A DNA stretch of 32,000 nt from Jeotgalibaca arthritidis (GTDB lineage: Bacteria > Bacillota > Bacilli > Lactobacillales > Aerococcaceae), in assembly GCF_011100465.1 (NCBI RefSeq), contig NZ_CP049740.1, positions 467,857 through 499,856 of the forward strand, read 5' to 3'. A model generated the notes under the pieces. It saw only the letters and a list, made by a program, of their open reading frames with translations. It made no database searches and had not been told where the DNA came from. Of this stretch, positions 23,924-32,000 are shown in pieces (position 1 is the first letter of the stretch; each line of letters begins with the position of its first letter). Position numbers and translations under genes: made by a program.

Positions 23924-25804
23924 CTATTCCATTTCGAATGAACCTGTATAAAGTTGATAGTATTCACCTTTTTGATTAATCAATTCTTCGTGGTCACCAC
24001 GTTCAATAATTTGACCTTGTTCCATCACCATAATGGCATTGGAATTACGAATAGTAGATAGACGGTGAGCGATAACGAAAACTGTTCGTCCTTCCATTAA
24101 AGCATCCATACCAGTTTGAACAATGGTTTCTGTTCTCGTGTCAATACTTGACGTTGCTTCATCAAGAATTAAAACGGGTGGGTTTGCAACTGCCGCTCTA
24201 GCGATTGCTAGTAATTGACGTTGCCCTTGAGAGAGCGCCCCACCGTCACCGGTTAGTTCTGTATCGTAACCATTTGGTAGTTGACGAATAAAGAAATCCG
24301 CATTAGCCAGCTTAGCAGCAGCCACAATTTCCTCATCCGTTGCATCTAAGTTACCATAACGGATGTTTTCCTTAATACTTCCTGAGAATAAATGAGTGTC
24401 TTGTAAAACAATTCCTAATGATTTTCTAAGAGCTGATTTTTTGATGTCCTTAATATCAATACCATCATAGGTAATTGTTCCCTCTTGAATATCGTAAAAA
24501 CGGTTAATCAAGTTCGTAATGGTTGTTTTACCGGCACCAGTCGCACCAACGAAGGCCAGTTTTTGACCAGGTTTAGCAAATAAGCTGATATTATGTAACA
24601 CAGTTTTATTTTCATTGTAGCCGAATGTGACATCTTTGAAGCGTACATCACCGGTTAGTTCTGTATAAGTCGTTTGCTTATTGGATGTGTCTTTCCAAGC
24701 CCAATGACCTGTTCGGTGGCTGACTTCTTGGAGACTGCCATCTTCACTCTTTTCAATATGAACCAATTCAACCGTTCCTGTATCTTCTTCTGGTTGTTCA
24801 TCCAACAATTGGAAAATACGTTGAGCCCCAGCCAGTGACAAAATAATGGCATTGAATTGTTGCGAGATTTGAGCAATCGGCATGGTAATGCTCTTTGTAA
24901 ATTGAACAAATGAGGCAATACTACCAATTGATAGGGTTGTTACACCGGTAATAGAGAAAACACTCCCCACTACTGCTGTTAACAAGTAAGTAAAGTTACC
25001 AATATTCCCCATAATTGGCATTAAGATATTAGCGTAAGTATTCGCTTTTGTCGCATTTTCTCTTAATTCTTCATTTAAATCGGTAAAGCCTTTAATGGCT
25101 GCATCTTCATGGTTGAAAACTTTAACAACTTTTTGTCCTTCAATCATTTCTTCAACGTAACCGTTCAACTGCCCTAGAGCTTTCTGTTGAATACCAAAGT
25201 AACGGCCACTTTTGCTACCTAATGAACGAATCACAAAGACCATAATACACACCATAAATAATACAAATAGTGTCATTGGAATGTTAATTAATAACATCGC
25301 AAAAATAATAGATATAATCGTAATCAATGACGCAAAAATTTGTGGCACTGATTGGCTAATCATTTGTCTCAATGTATCAATATCATTGGTATAGTGACTC
25401 ATGATATCACCGGTTGCATGGCTGTCGAAATAGCGAACGGGTAGCTTTTCCATATGCGCATACATATCATCGCGAATATCTTTCAAAATACCTTGCGCAA
25501 CTGTTACCATCGTCCGATTGTAAATGTAAGTAAACAAGGCGCCCGTTGCATATAAGCCCGCCATCAGGATAATGATACGTGCTAAATTAGAAAAATCGGG
25601 TGTTTCTTGCAAGGCTAAGGGTGCAATGTAATCATCGATTAAGACACGGGTAAAACTGATTCCAATTGCGTTTGTTCCTGCACTCACGATAATACTTAAT
25701 ACAACAATAATCAGTCTTAACTTATATTCTTTTCTAGCATAAGTAAATAATCGTTTTAAAATTTTCAAGGGACTTTCTGTTGGTTTCATTGGTCTATTCT
25801 TCAC
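23924..25804 (-). CDS. ABC exporter half-transporter (TMD-NBD) carrying the consensus ATPase-site Walker B and a degenerate signature
   Basis: 626 aa. Walker A reads GATGAGKTT. Walker B with the catalytic Glu reads VLILDEATSSID. The ABC signature is degenerate, LSQGQRQ instead of LSGGQ. This pattern is seen in LmrD/EfrD/BmrD-type partners. Confidence 0.88.
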   Translation of the reverse strand: MKNRPMKPTESPLKILKRLFTYARKEYKLRLIIVVLSIIVSAGTNAIGISFTRVLIDDYIAPLALQETPDFSNLARIIILMAGLYATGALFTYIYNRTMVTVAQGILKDIRDDMYAHMEKLPVRYFDSHATGDIMSHYTNDIDTLRQMISQSVPQIFASLITIISIIFAMLLINIPMTLFVLFMVCIMVFVIRSLGSKSGRYFGIQQKALGQLNGYVEEMIEGQKVVKVFNHEDAAIKGFTDLNEELRENATKANTYANILMPIMGNIGNFTYLLTAVVGSVFSITGVTTLSIGSIASFVQFTKSITMPIAQISQQFNAIILSLAGAQRIFQLLDEQPEEDTGTVELVHIEKSEDGSLQEVSHRTGHWAWKDTSNKQTTYTELTGDVRFKDVTFGYNENKTVLHNISLFAKPGQKLAFVGATGAGKTTITNLINRFYDIQEGTITYDGIDIKDIKKSALRKSLGIVLQDTHLFSGSIKENIRYGNLDATDEEIVAAAKLANADFFIRQLPNGYDTELTGDGGALSQGQRQLLAIARAAVANPPVLILDEATSSIDTRTETIVQTGMDALMEGRTVFVIAHRLSTIRNSNAIMVMEQGQIIERGDHEELINQKGEYYQLYTGSFEME

Positions 25805-27530
25805 TGATAGTCCCTCCTTTTACTTGTGAATCGTAAACTTCTTTGTAAATGGCATTGTTGACAAGCAACTCTTCGTGGGTACCAATACCGTCAATCTTAC
25901 CTTCATTTAAGACAATGATACGGTCTGAATCTTGAATGGAAGACACGCGTTGCGCCACAATAATTTTTGTTGTATCAGGAATCTCTTGGGCAAATGACCG
26001 TCTAATATAAGCATCTGTTTTCGTATCAACGGCACTTGTTGAATCATCTAAAATCAAAATTTTAGGTTTCTTCAATAAAGCACGCGCAATGGTCAACCGT
26101 TGTTTCTGACCACCTGATACGTTTGTCCCACCTTGGTCAAGGACTGTTTCATAGCCTTCTGGGAAAGCTTGAACGAAGCCATCTGCTTGAGCAAGATTTG
26201 CGACACGTTTAATTTCATCGTCGGATGCGTCCTCGTCTCCCCAACGTAAGTTTTCAGCGATTGTACCAGAGAACAGCGTATTTTTTTGCAGAACCATGGC
26301 AATTTGATCACGTAAGGTCACCAAATCATAATCTTTAACATTACGTCCGGAAACAAACACTTCTCCTTCAGTTACATCATAGAGACGAGGAATTAATTGA
26401 ATTAAGGTACTCTTACCACTACCTGTTCCACCTAAAACCCCAATCGTTTCACCAGATTTAATCGTTAAATTAATATGAGATAAATCTGCTTCTTCTGATG
26501 ACGTATTATAATTGAAGCGAACATTTCTAAATTCAATATCACCATTTTCAATGGTTGTTACAGCTTGTTCTGGGTTTGTTAAGCTTGCTTTCTCATTTAA
26601 TACTTCAGCTACCCGTTCAACAGACGCTTCTGAAATCACGATCATAACAAAAATCATTGCCATCATCATTAAGCTGCTCAAAATTTGCATCATATAAGTG
26701 ATAAAGCTCGTTAATTCACCTGTTGACATGGCGCCACCAACGACTTGTTTCGCACCAAACCAATAAACAATCAATAATGTTGAATAGATAGCAATTTGCA
26801 TAACAGGTCCATTTAAAGCGATCATTTTTTCTGCTCTCATAAAGAGTGCTTTAATATCGCTCGATGCTTCTTTAAATTGTTCAATTTCTCGGTCTTCACG
26901 GACGAATGATTTCACCACACGTACACCATTGATATTTTCTTGAACAGTACGGTTTAAGCGGTCATATTTTTTAAAGACCTCAATAAAATAAGGGTGGACT
27001 TTGTAAACTAACCAAATTAAGAGGCCACCGATAATCGGAATCACAAAGACAATTGTTAATGATAATTTCAAGTTCGTATAACTTGCCATAATAAAGGCAA
27101 AGACAATCATAAATGGCGCTCTAATAATTGTTTTAAGAATCATTTGGAAAGCCATTTGAATATTTGTAATATCCGTTGTTAAACGGGTAATCAAACTCGA
27201 TGATGAGTATTTGTCGATATTGTCAAAAGCAAACGTTTGGATATTCTCGTAAACATCTTGACGGATATTAGTTGAGAAACCCACTGCGGCGTCAGATGAG
27301 AATTTCCCTGCTAAGACACCAAATACCATTGATAGGCAGGCGATAATAAACATTAATGCCCCTATCTTTAAGACATACTGGATGTCTCCTGTTAATAAGC
27401 CTCTATCGAGCACTTTAGCCATTAGAAATGGAATGAAAATTTCCATTGATACTTCTAAAGCCATAAATAGCATCGTTAGAAATGACGGCTTTTTATATTG
27501 CCGAAGCGATTTCGCTAACGTTTTATACAT
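25794..27530 (-). CDS. ABC exporter half-transporter (TMD-NBD) carrying the degenerate-site Walker B
   Basis: 578 aa. Walker A reads GGTGSGKST and the signature VSGGQKQR is canonical. Walker B reads ILILDDSTSAVD, with Asp replacing the catalytic Glu. It overlaps the partner gene by 11 nt. This pattern is seen in LmrC/EfrC/BmrC-type partners. Confidence 0.88.
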   Translation of the reverse strand: MYKTLAKSLRQYKKPSFLTMLFMALEVSMEIFIPFLMAKVLDRGLLTGDIQYVLKIGALMFIIACLSMVFGVLAGKFSSDAAVGFSTNIRQDVYENIQTFAFDNIDKYSSSSLITRLTTDITNIQMAFQMILKTIIRAPFMIVFAFIMASYTNLKLSLTIVFVIPIIGGLLIWLVYKVHPYFIEVFKKYDRLNRTVQENINGVRVVKSFVREDREIEQFKEASSDIKALFMRAEKMIALNGPVMQIAIYSTLLIVYWFGAKQVVGGAMSTGELTSFITYMMQILSSLMMMAMIFVMIVISEASVERVAEVLNEKASLTNPEQAVTTIENGDIEFRNVRFNYNTSSEEADLSHINLTIKSGETIGVLGGTGSGKSTLIQLIPRLYDVTEGEVFVSGRNVKDYDLVTLRDQIAMVLQKNTLFSGTIAENLRWGDEDASDDEIKRVANLAQADGFVQAFPEGYETVLDQGGTNVSGGQKQRLTIARALLKKPKILILDDSTSAVDTKTDAYIRRSFAQEIPDTTKIIVAQRVSSIQDSDRIIVLNEGKIDGIGTHEELLVNNAIYKEVYDSQVKGGTISEE

Positions 27531-27548
27531 GTTTCAGTTTCTCCCCTT

Positions 27549-27995
27549 TTAGTCTTGCATATATTCTTTTTCCATCGCTTGATAGATTTTGTGAATGGTT
27601 TTGATGGTGGTTTCGATATCCTCTTGGGGGATCGTACTCAAGACCTCACTATTTTTCTTGTGGAAGTCGTAAATCAAGGCATGGTAAGTTTCCAGTCCTT
27701 TTTCACTTAGGCGGATATTGACAACGCGTTTGTCTTTACTATTTTCTTCCTTAATGAGATACCCTTCTTCTTCCAAAGTCGTAATGTTGCGGGTGATACT
27801 CGGCAGAGTGACATTGATGGCTTCTGCGACATCACTCACGCGAACTTCGTCCAATTCTAAAGACAAATCATAGCAAATCTTGATGATATAAATATGGCGC
27901 TTCTGCAATTCCGCCGGCGATTCTGGTAGGAAGTGCACCGTGCGCTTCGCAACTATACACGCATCAATATAGTCTTCTGATAATTTATTAGGCAT
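27549..27995 (-). CDS. MarR family transcriptional regulator
   Basis: 148 aa with a winged-HTH core (VSDVAEAINVTLPSITRNITTLEEEGYLIKEENSKDKRVVNIRLSEKG). It is the first gene of the MarR-ABC-ABC operon. Confidence 0.85.
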   Translation of the reverse strand: MPNKLSEDYIDACIVAKRTVHFLPESPAELQKRHIYIIKICYDLSLELDEVRVSDVAEAINVTLPSITRNITTLEEEGYLIKEENSKDKRVVNIRLSEKGLETYHALIYDFHKKNSEVLSTIPQEDIETTIKTIHKIYQAMEKEYMQD

Positions 27996-28016
27996 ATCTT
28001 ACTCCTTTCAAATCCT

Positions 28017-28037
28017 TTACCTCAGATAATTACCTCA
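28017..28037. promoter_or_regulatory. Direct repeat TTACCTCA-N5-TTACCTCA in the marR leader; candidate operator
   Basis: Two exact 8-mers (28017-28024 and 28030-28037) spaced 13 bp apart, about 20-40 nt upstream of the marR ATG. The second forms an imperfect palindrome TTACCTCAAGTAA. Confidence 0.3.
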
Positions 28038-28052
28038 AGTAAGTATATTAGC

Positions 28053-28090
28053 AAAAAAAAGAATAAATAGAAAGTTTTTTCTACTTATTC
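28053..28090 (-). terminator. Rho-independent terminator of the prpD-family/lysR unit
   Basis: Stem GAATAAGTAGAAAA / TTTCTATTTATTC on the minus strand, followed by a T8 run (an A8 run at 28053-28060 on the plus strand). Confidence 0.8.
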
Positions 28091-28100
28091 TGGAAGACAT

Positions 28101-29009
28101 TTAAGTCCACTTTTCTCTTTTTTCTAGTGTTTGTTTGACCTCATCGATAAAGGCTTTTCCAATCGCAGTCAGTTTCCTTTTTTTATTCGTAATGATACCG
28201 AGTGTATGCGTTGTTGAATTTTCAAGTGGTTTTAACACGATGTGCTGGCTGACAAAGCCATTCACAATCCCTAAGCCTGATGCATAGGCATCTGATTCAC
28301 ATAAAAGGTTCATTAATGTGCCTCTGTCATTGGTAAAAATAACCGGTTGGCTATCATCCGCTTCGATTGGATCTTCATTAAAGTCGGGGGCTGTTTGGTT
28401 TTCTTGGCTAAAGCGCACTTGTGGATAAGCTAATAAATCCGCTCGTTTAATGCTTGTTTTGTTAGCTAAAGGATGGTCTTTTCTCAAAAAGATACGCGTT
28501 GTAAATTCTCCTAGTGCTTCAAATTGTAACTCTTCTTGCTGAAAATAACGTTCTAAGACACGACGATTGGTTTCATCTATATATAAGATTCCCAGCTCAC
28601 TTTTAAAATCACGGACATTCTCCAAATTTTTTTGAGTCGTTGTTTCAACGAGATGGAAATTTTGGTATTCCTCTTTAAAGGATTCGATTACCTTTAAAAA
28701 AGGTTGCGATAAGAAATCATAGCGTTGAGTAGTAATAGTAAAGTCTTTTTTGAAATTAGTCCGATAACGGTGCTCCAATAAATCAACTTGATCGAGTATG
28801 CGATTGGCATAAACTAAAAAGTCAGTTCCTTCTTCCGTCAAACTAACGCCAGACTTAGAACGGATAAATAATTGGGCGCCTAATTCGGTTTCCAAATCCT
28901 TCATAGCGGTTGAAAGACTGGGTTGGGTCACAAATAATTGCTTAGCTGCTTCACTGAAACTGCCTGCTTTGGCGATGGTAATCACATAACGGCATTGTTG
29001 GATATTCAT
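28101..29009 (-). CDS. LysR family transcriptional regulator
   Basis: The N-terminal HTH reads MNIQQCRYVITIAKAGSFSEAAKQLFVTQPSLSTAMKDLE, followed by a substrate-binding domain. I prefer the ATG at 29009, 7 nt after AAGGAG, over the track ATG at 29024. Confidence 0.88.
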   Translation of the reverse strand: MNIQQCRYVITIAKAGSFSEAAKQLFVTQPSLSTAMKDLETELGAQLFIRSKSGVSLTEEGTDFLVYANRILDQVDLLEHRYRTNFKKDFTITTQRYDFLSQPFLKVIESFKEEYQNFHLVETTTQKNLENVRDFKSELGILYIDETNRRVLERYFQQEELQFEALGEFTTRIFLRKDHPLANKTSIKRADLLAYPQVRFSQENQTAPDFNEDPIEADDSQPVIFTNDRGTLMNLLCESDAYASGLGIVNGFVSQHIVLKPLENSTTHTLGIITNKKRKLTAIGKAFIDEVKQTLEKREKWT

Positions 29010-29066
29010 AGGCCACTCCTTCATTAGATTTTGATTAATTTCATACTAGCATAGCCAAAGTAAATG

Positions 29067-30374
29067 TCAACGCATGATTGCCGACTTGACTAGACCATTT
29101 GTCGATAGCGGTTGGCTGTACAAATTAGTTATCCAAACTTCTAAGTGGGCATTATTTATTTTGCCAATTATATCTTGAAGGGACAATGGGTTTTGAGGTG
29201 CTCCCTTTGGAATGTCCACCGTTGCTGTTAGTTGGCTGCCATTTTTTCGTTGAGCCGTAATGGTTACTTTTCGACCAGTCGGCGGCTGAGCTGGCAAGTC
29301 GTAGCGCCGTTTAATGCGCTGTAAGTCCTTATGATAGGCGGCTGGAACAGTTTCCCCTTCGAATAAATGGCTTTGAATTTTTCCATAAGTCAGCACTTGC
29401 CACACCACATACTCAATCGAAAACTTGCCTTCCATGGGTGTTTTGATTTCGGAATAGCGAAGTGCTCGATCTTGGTTAGGTGAGAAATGGATGATCACTT
29501 CCTCCAAGTCAGCCATTTTGCCGCCTTGTTGAACAATCAGTTCTGCTGCATCGTGACCCGTCATGGCTGCTGAACAAAAGGGATGACGCTTAAACCACAA
29601 TCCCGGCTCCAGAATTTGGCCAGGCGCCAACCAATTGTTAAAGTCGAGTTCAACTGGTTTATCTAATAAAGCTGCAAACCAACCACCCTCTTTTGAAAAA
29701 GGATCGGTATTGGCACTAATCTGAGTTCGACTCACCAATTCATGGGTGAAGACTGCCTGCTTAGCTGCAAGGCCAGCATGAAGTGGCTTAATGTCACTGC
29801 CAAACTGAAAGGCCATCCCCATAGACTCGGTGGCAGCAATTGATAGCAGCCGATTTAATTTTTGACGAGGGTACTGTTTAAAGCAGCCAATTGCAGTAGC
29901 GGCTGCAATGACACCTAGTACCGATGTTGCGTGCCAACCAGTCGTTTTCAAATGCGGATTCATGACTTGACCTAATAACCCTTCAACCTCTAAGCCTATG
30001 ACGTAACTTTCGAAAAAGTCATCCCACCGATCGTGAGACTCAACGGTTGCTAACAAGGCAGAAAAAATCACTGCACTCGGATGGCCTTGCACATGGGGAT
30101 GAACATCATCGATATCTAAATAATGAGCCGCAAAACCGTAAAATAGTGCCGCTTCTTCTGGCGTTAACTGATAGTCCGTTTGAATCGGTTGAACTGGCGA
30201 TTGGTCACGGTGGTAGGCTTGACCATATTCGCGAATAACCGGTTCATTTAATGCCATCACGTACGACGCTAGATAATCAGTGAAAGCTAAACGAGCTTGG
30301 CTGATTAAATGGTCTTTTTCTACTATTGGTTCTAGAATTTTATCTAGTAGACGATCTGTATTCGAGCTTGTCAT
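29067..30374 (-). CDS. MmgE/PrpD family protein (2-methylcitrate dehydratase superfamily); function not assignable
   Basis: 435 aa, a size typical of the family, with a family-like N-terminal region (FTDYLASYV...) and a His-rich block (HYLDIDDVHPHVQGHPSAV). No prpB, prpC or other methylcitrate-cycle genes are nearby. Confidence 0.75.
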   Translation of the reverse strand: MTSSNTDRLLDKILEPIVEKDHLISQARLAFTDYLASYVMALNEPVIREYGQAYHRDQSPVQPIQTDYQLTPEEAALFYGFAAHYLDIDDVHPHVQGHPSAVIFSALLATVESHDRWDDFFESYVIGLEVEGLLGQVMNPHLKTTGWHATSVLGVIAAATAIGCFKQYPRQKLNRLLSIAATESMGMAFQFGSDIKPLHAGLAAKQAVFTHELVSRTQISANTDPFSKEGGWFAALLDKPVELDFNNWLAPGQILEPGLWFKRHPFCSAAMTGHDAAELIVQQGGKMADLEEVIIHFSPNQDRALRYSEIKTPMEGKFSIEYVVWQVLTYGKIQSHLFEGETVPAAYHKDLQRIKRRYDLPAQPPTGRKVTITAQRKNGSQLTATVDIPKGAPQNPLSLQDIIGKINNAHLEVWITNLYSQPLSTNGLVKSAIMR

Positions 30375-30414
30375 AGCAGGATTCCACTCCTTTAAAGTAT
30401 GGTTTTTTAGTCTA

Positions 30415-30510
30415 GAGTGAATAGAGATGGATTTTGAGCGTTCTATTCACTCATTTTGCTATTTTGAGTGAATAGAAATCGATTTTGCGTGTTCTATTCA
30501 CTCATTTTGC
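30415..30510. repeat. Two tandem 51-bp-period palindromic units (type A)
   Basis: A1 (30415-30459) reads GAGTGAATAGAgatggattttgagcgtTCTATTCACTCATTTTGC. A2 (30466-30510) reads GAGTGAATAGAaatcgattttgcgtgtTCTATTCACTCATTTTGC. Both have 11-bp perfect arms and a 16-nt spacer. Confidence 0.9.
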
Positions 30511-30665
30511 CGGTTAGAGGAAGTTCGGGCGTTTTTTTGATGCTGAAGTTCCTCACTTCATCGTTTGAAGGAAGTTCAGACGAGTTTTTACTGCTGAAGT
30601 TGCTCGATTAGCTGTTTGGTGGGACTTCAGAGGACTTTTTACCACTGAACTTCCTCCATCTCATC
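30511..30665. repeat. Three tandem 51-52 bp hairpin-forming units (type B), contiguous with the type A units
   Basis: B1 is 30511-30562, B2 is 30563-30613 and B3 is 30614-30665. Each reads ..G(A/G)GGAAGTTC..-T-rich centre (TTTTTTTGA, TTTTTAC)-CTGAAGTTCCTC.. with imperfect arm pairing. By eye the units are about 65-75 percent identical to each other. Confidence 0.85.
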
Positions 30666-30670
30666 CAATT

Positions 30671-30727
30671 AATAAAAAAATGAAAGAAAGATGGTTGAAC
30701 GATTCGCTCAATCATCTTTCTTTTCAT
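30671..30727 (-). terminator. Rho-independent terminator of the amino-acid ABC transporter genes
   Basis: Stem ATGAAAGAAAGATG (30680-30693) / CATCTTTCTTTTCAT (30713-30727). On the minus strand it is followed by TTTTTTTATT. Confidence 0.85.
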
Positions 30728-30737
30728 CTTAAATGCT

Positions 30738-31565
30738 TTACTCTACTTCTGCGGTAACATCAATACCATAGTATTTTTCAGACAACTCTTTAATGGTGCC
30801 ATCTGCTAGTAGGTTTTGTAGTTCTGCATCAAACTCAGCTAACAAAGCTTCGCCTTCTTCTGTTTTAGCAAATGGGAAAGCAACTTCGCCGCCAACTAAA
30901 TTTTCTGGTAAAACACGTAGTCCTAAGCCATCTTTTTTAATAGTTGCTGCTAGAACTGCTTTATCTTGAATGTAGCCAGCTACTTGACCTTTTAAAGTAT
31001 CTTCTTGTGGGCCTTCACGTGTATCGTAGTGACGAGCATCGATATTCAAACCTGTTTCGGCAATATAGGTTTCAAGCTCTGTCAATTTGTTACTTCCAGC
31101 AACGGCTCCAACTGTCTCATTATCTAAGTCAAAGGTACTTTGGTATTCACTATCTTCTTTAACAGCAATTCCTGACGCTGTGTAAGCATAAGGCGTTGTA
31201 AAGTTAACATTTTCTTGTCGTTCTGGTGTAATGGCAAAGTTATTCGCAATAGTGTCCAACTTACCAGCATTTAGTGACGCCAACAAGCCGTCAAAGGCTG
31301 CTGTTGTCCAGTTGATTTCATAGCCTAAATTGCCAGCAATAGCCTCAATAACTTCAACATCATAACCAACTAATTTATTATCTTCCATATAAGAGTTGGG
31401 AAATGATTGACCTGTCGCTCCAATTTCTAGAACAATTTTTTCTTCCGTTGTGCCAGCCACATCTGAACTCGCTGTTTCTCCACCATCAGTTGAGCAAGCT
31501 GCTAAACCACCTACAAATAAAACCGCTGCTGCACTTTTTAATAACCCTTTTGACCAATTCTTCAT
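30738..31565 (-). CDS. Amino-acid ABC transporter substrate-binding lipoprotein (family 3 SBP)
   Basis: Signal peptide with lipobox (LFVGGLAAC|S), then family-3 SBP features (GYDVEVIEAIAGNLG, LDTIANNFAITPER). I prefer the ATG at 31565, 5 nt after GAGGGA, over the track TTG at 31568. Confidence 0.85.
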   Translation of the reverse strand: MKNWSKGLLKSAAAVLFVGGLAACSTDGGETASSDVAGTTEEKIVLEIGATGQSFPNSYMEDNKLVGYDVEVIEAIAGNLGYEINWTTAAFDGLLASLNAGKLDTIANNFAITPERQENVNFTTPYAYTASGIAVKEDSEYQSTFDLDNETVGAVAGSNKLTELETYIAETGLNIDARHYDTREGPQEDTLKGQVAGYIQDKAVLAATIKKDGLGLRVLPENLVGGEVAFPFAKTEEGEALLAEFDAELQNLLADGTIKELSEKYYGIDVTAEVE

Positions 31566-31586
31566 CAAATTCCCTCTTTTCTTTTT

Positions 31587-32000
31587 TTAAATAGCACTTG
31601 CTAACTCATCTTTTGTTGATAATAAAAACTGTTTGGTACGCACTTCTTGCGGATGGTTAAAGACATCATCGGGATGGCCTTCCTCAACAATTAAGCCATT
31701 GTTCATAAAAATAACCCGGTCAGCTACCTTTTGAGCAAATTTCATTTCATGGGTCACGATCACAAGCGTAATATTTCGTTTAGAAAGCTGCTCAATACTT
31801 TTCAAAACTTCACCAACTAATTCTGGGTCCAACGCACTCGTTGGCTCATCCATAAAAATCACTTTTGGATCAACAGCCAAGGCTCGGGCAATACTCACAC
31901 GCTGTTGTTGCCCACCACTCAAAGTCACTGGATATTGGTCGCGCTGAGCCGTTAAGCCTACTTGATCTAGCAACTGCTCGGCAATGGCAATAGCTTCTTT
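31587..32000 (-). CDS. Amino-acid ABC transporter ATP-binding protein (GlnQ/ArtP-like), C-terminal part; the 5' end lies beyond the window
   Basis: ABC signature LSGGQQQRVSIARALA, Walker B VIFMDEPTSALD and H-loop VIVTHEM. The reading frame stays open to position 32000, and the Walker A region lies outside the window. Confidence 0.88.
   Translation of the reverse strand, partial: KEAIAIAEQLLDQVGLTAQRDQYPVTLSGGQQQRVSIARALAVDPKVIFMDEPTSALDPELVGEVLKSIEQLSKRNITLVIVTHEMKFAQKVADRVIFMNNGLIVEEGHPDDVFNHPQEVRTKQFLLSTKDELASAI

Noticed and set aside
30415-30665. The tandem repeat array as a CRISPR locus.
   Set aside because: There is no alternation of one constant repeat with unique spacers. The units are contiguous, belong to two diverged families and are internally palindromic. 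No cas genes are in the window.
1396-31594. About 25 short ORFs of 60-117 aa in the track that lie inside larger genes, either antisense or in an alternative frame. They are at 1396-1626, 2651-3004, 5922-6125, 6932-7189, 7060-7248, 7442-7624, 7557-7751, 9857-10087, 14748-15083, 16055-16264, 16193-16402, 19891-20103, 21226-21408, 22113-22307, 23681-23920, 24655-24927, 25212-25394, 26093-26311, 26512-26697, 30047-30238, 30944-31162 and 31403-31594.
   Set aside because: Each is fully or almost fully embedded in a longer ORF with clear family motifs. They have odd low-complexity compositions (rich in S, L, F, C and R) and lack SD sequences. These are typical shadow ORFs of AT-rich genomes.

Overview
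This is a 32 kb chromosomal segment from a low-GC Firmicute. The gene content looks like Lactobacillales (Enterococcaceae or Carnobacteriaceae type): a V-type ntp ATPase, sigma-54, and an mpt-like mannose PTS. All calls rest on motif recognition by eye, my own translation and manual hairpin inspection; no database search was possible.

Almost all genes are on the minus strand. In coordinate order the window holds:
- The start of a V-ATPase operon (ntpF, then a partial ntpI).
- An AI-2E family transporter.
- rpoN (sigma-54) and a DegV protein, both on the plus strand.
- A four-gene mannose-family PTS operon (extra IIB, IIAB, IIC, IID). It is driven by a textbook -24/-12 promoter (TGGCAC-N5-TTGCA) and sits next to its LevR/ManR-type sigma-54 activator.
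- An aldo/keto reductase plus a remnant of a second one.
- A GPR1/FUN34/YaaH-family (SatP-like) channel.
- A compact type IV pilus operon: orf129, pilB, pilT, pilC, one pilin, a structured GC-rich spacer, then pilD, pilM, pilN and pilO.
- A membrane GGDEF (GGEEF) diguanylate cyclase directly upstream of the pilus operon.
- A GNAT acetyltransferase.
- A MarR regulator with an asymmetric heterodimeric ABC exporter pair.
- A LysR regulator with an orphan MmgE/PrpD-family gene.
- A 250-bp array of five tandem hairpin-forming repeats of about 51 bp.
- Part of an amino-acid ABC transporter (lipoprotein SBP and a partial ATPase).

The most interesting material is the pilus and c-di-GMP module:
- It has a single pilin and no recognizable minor pilins.
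- Its first gene is an unknown cytoplasmic protein.
- PilB carries an MshEN-like N-terminus.
- A GC-rich multi-hairpin element inside the operon contains a hidden hydrophobic mini-ORF.

The covarying hairpin array at 30415-30665 also deserves a second look. No transposase, integrase, tRNA, rRNA or CRISPR array was seen.
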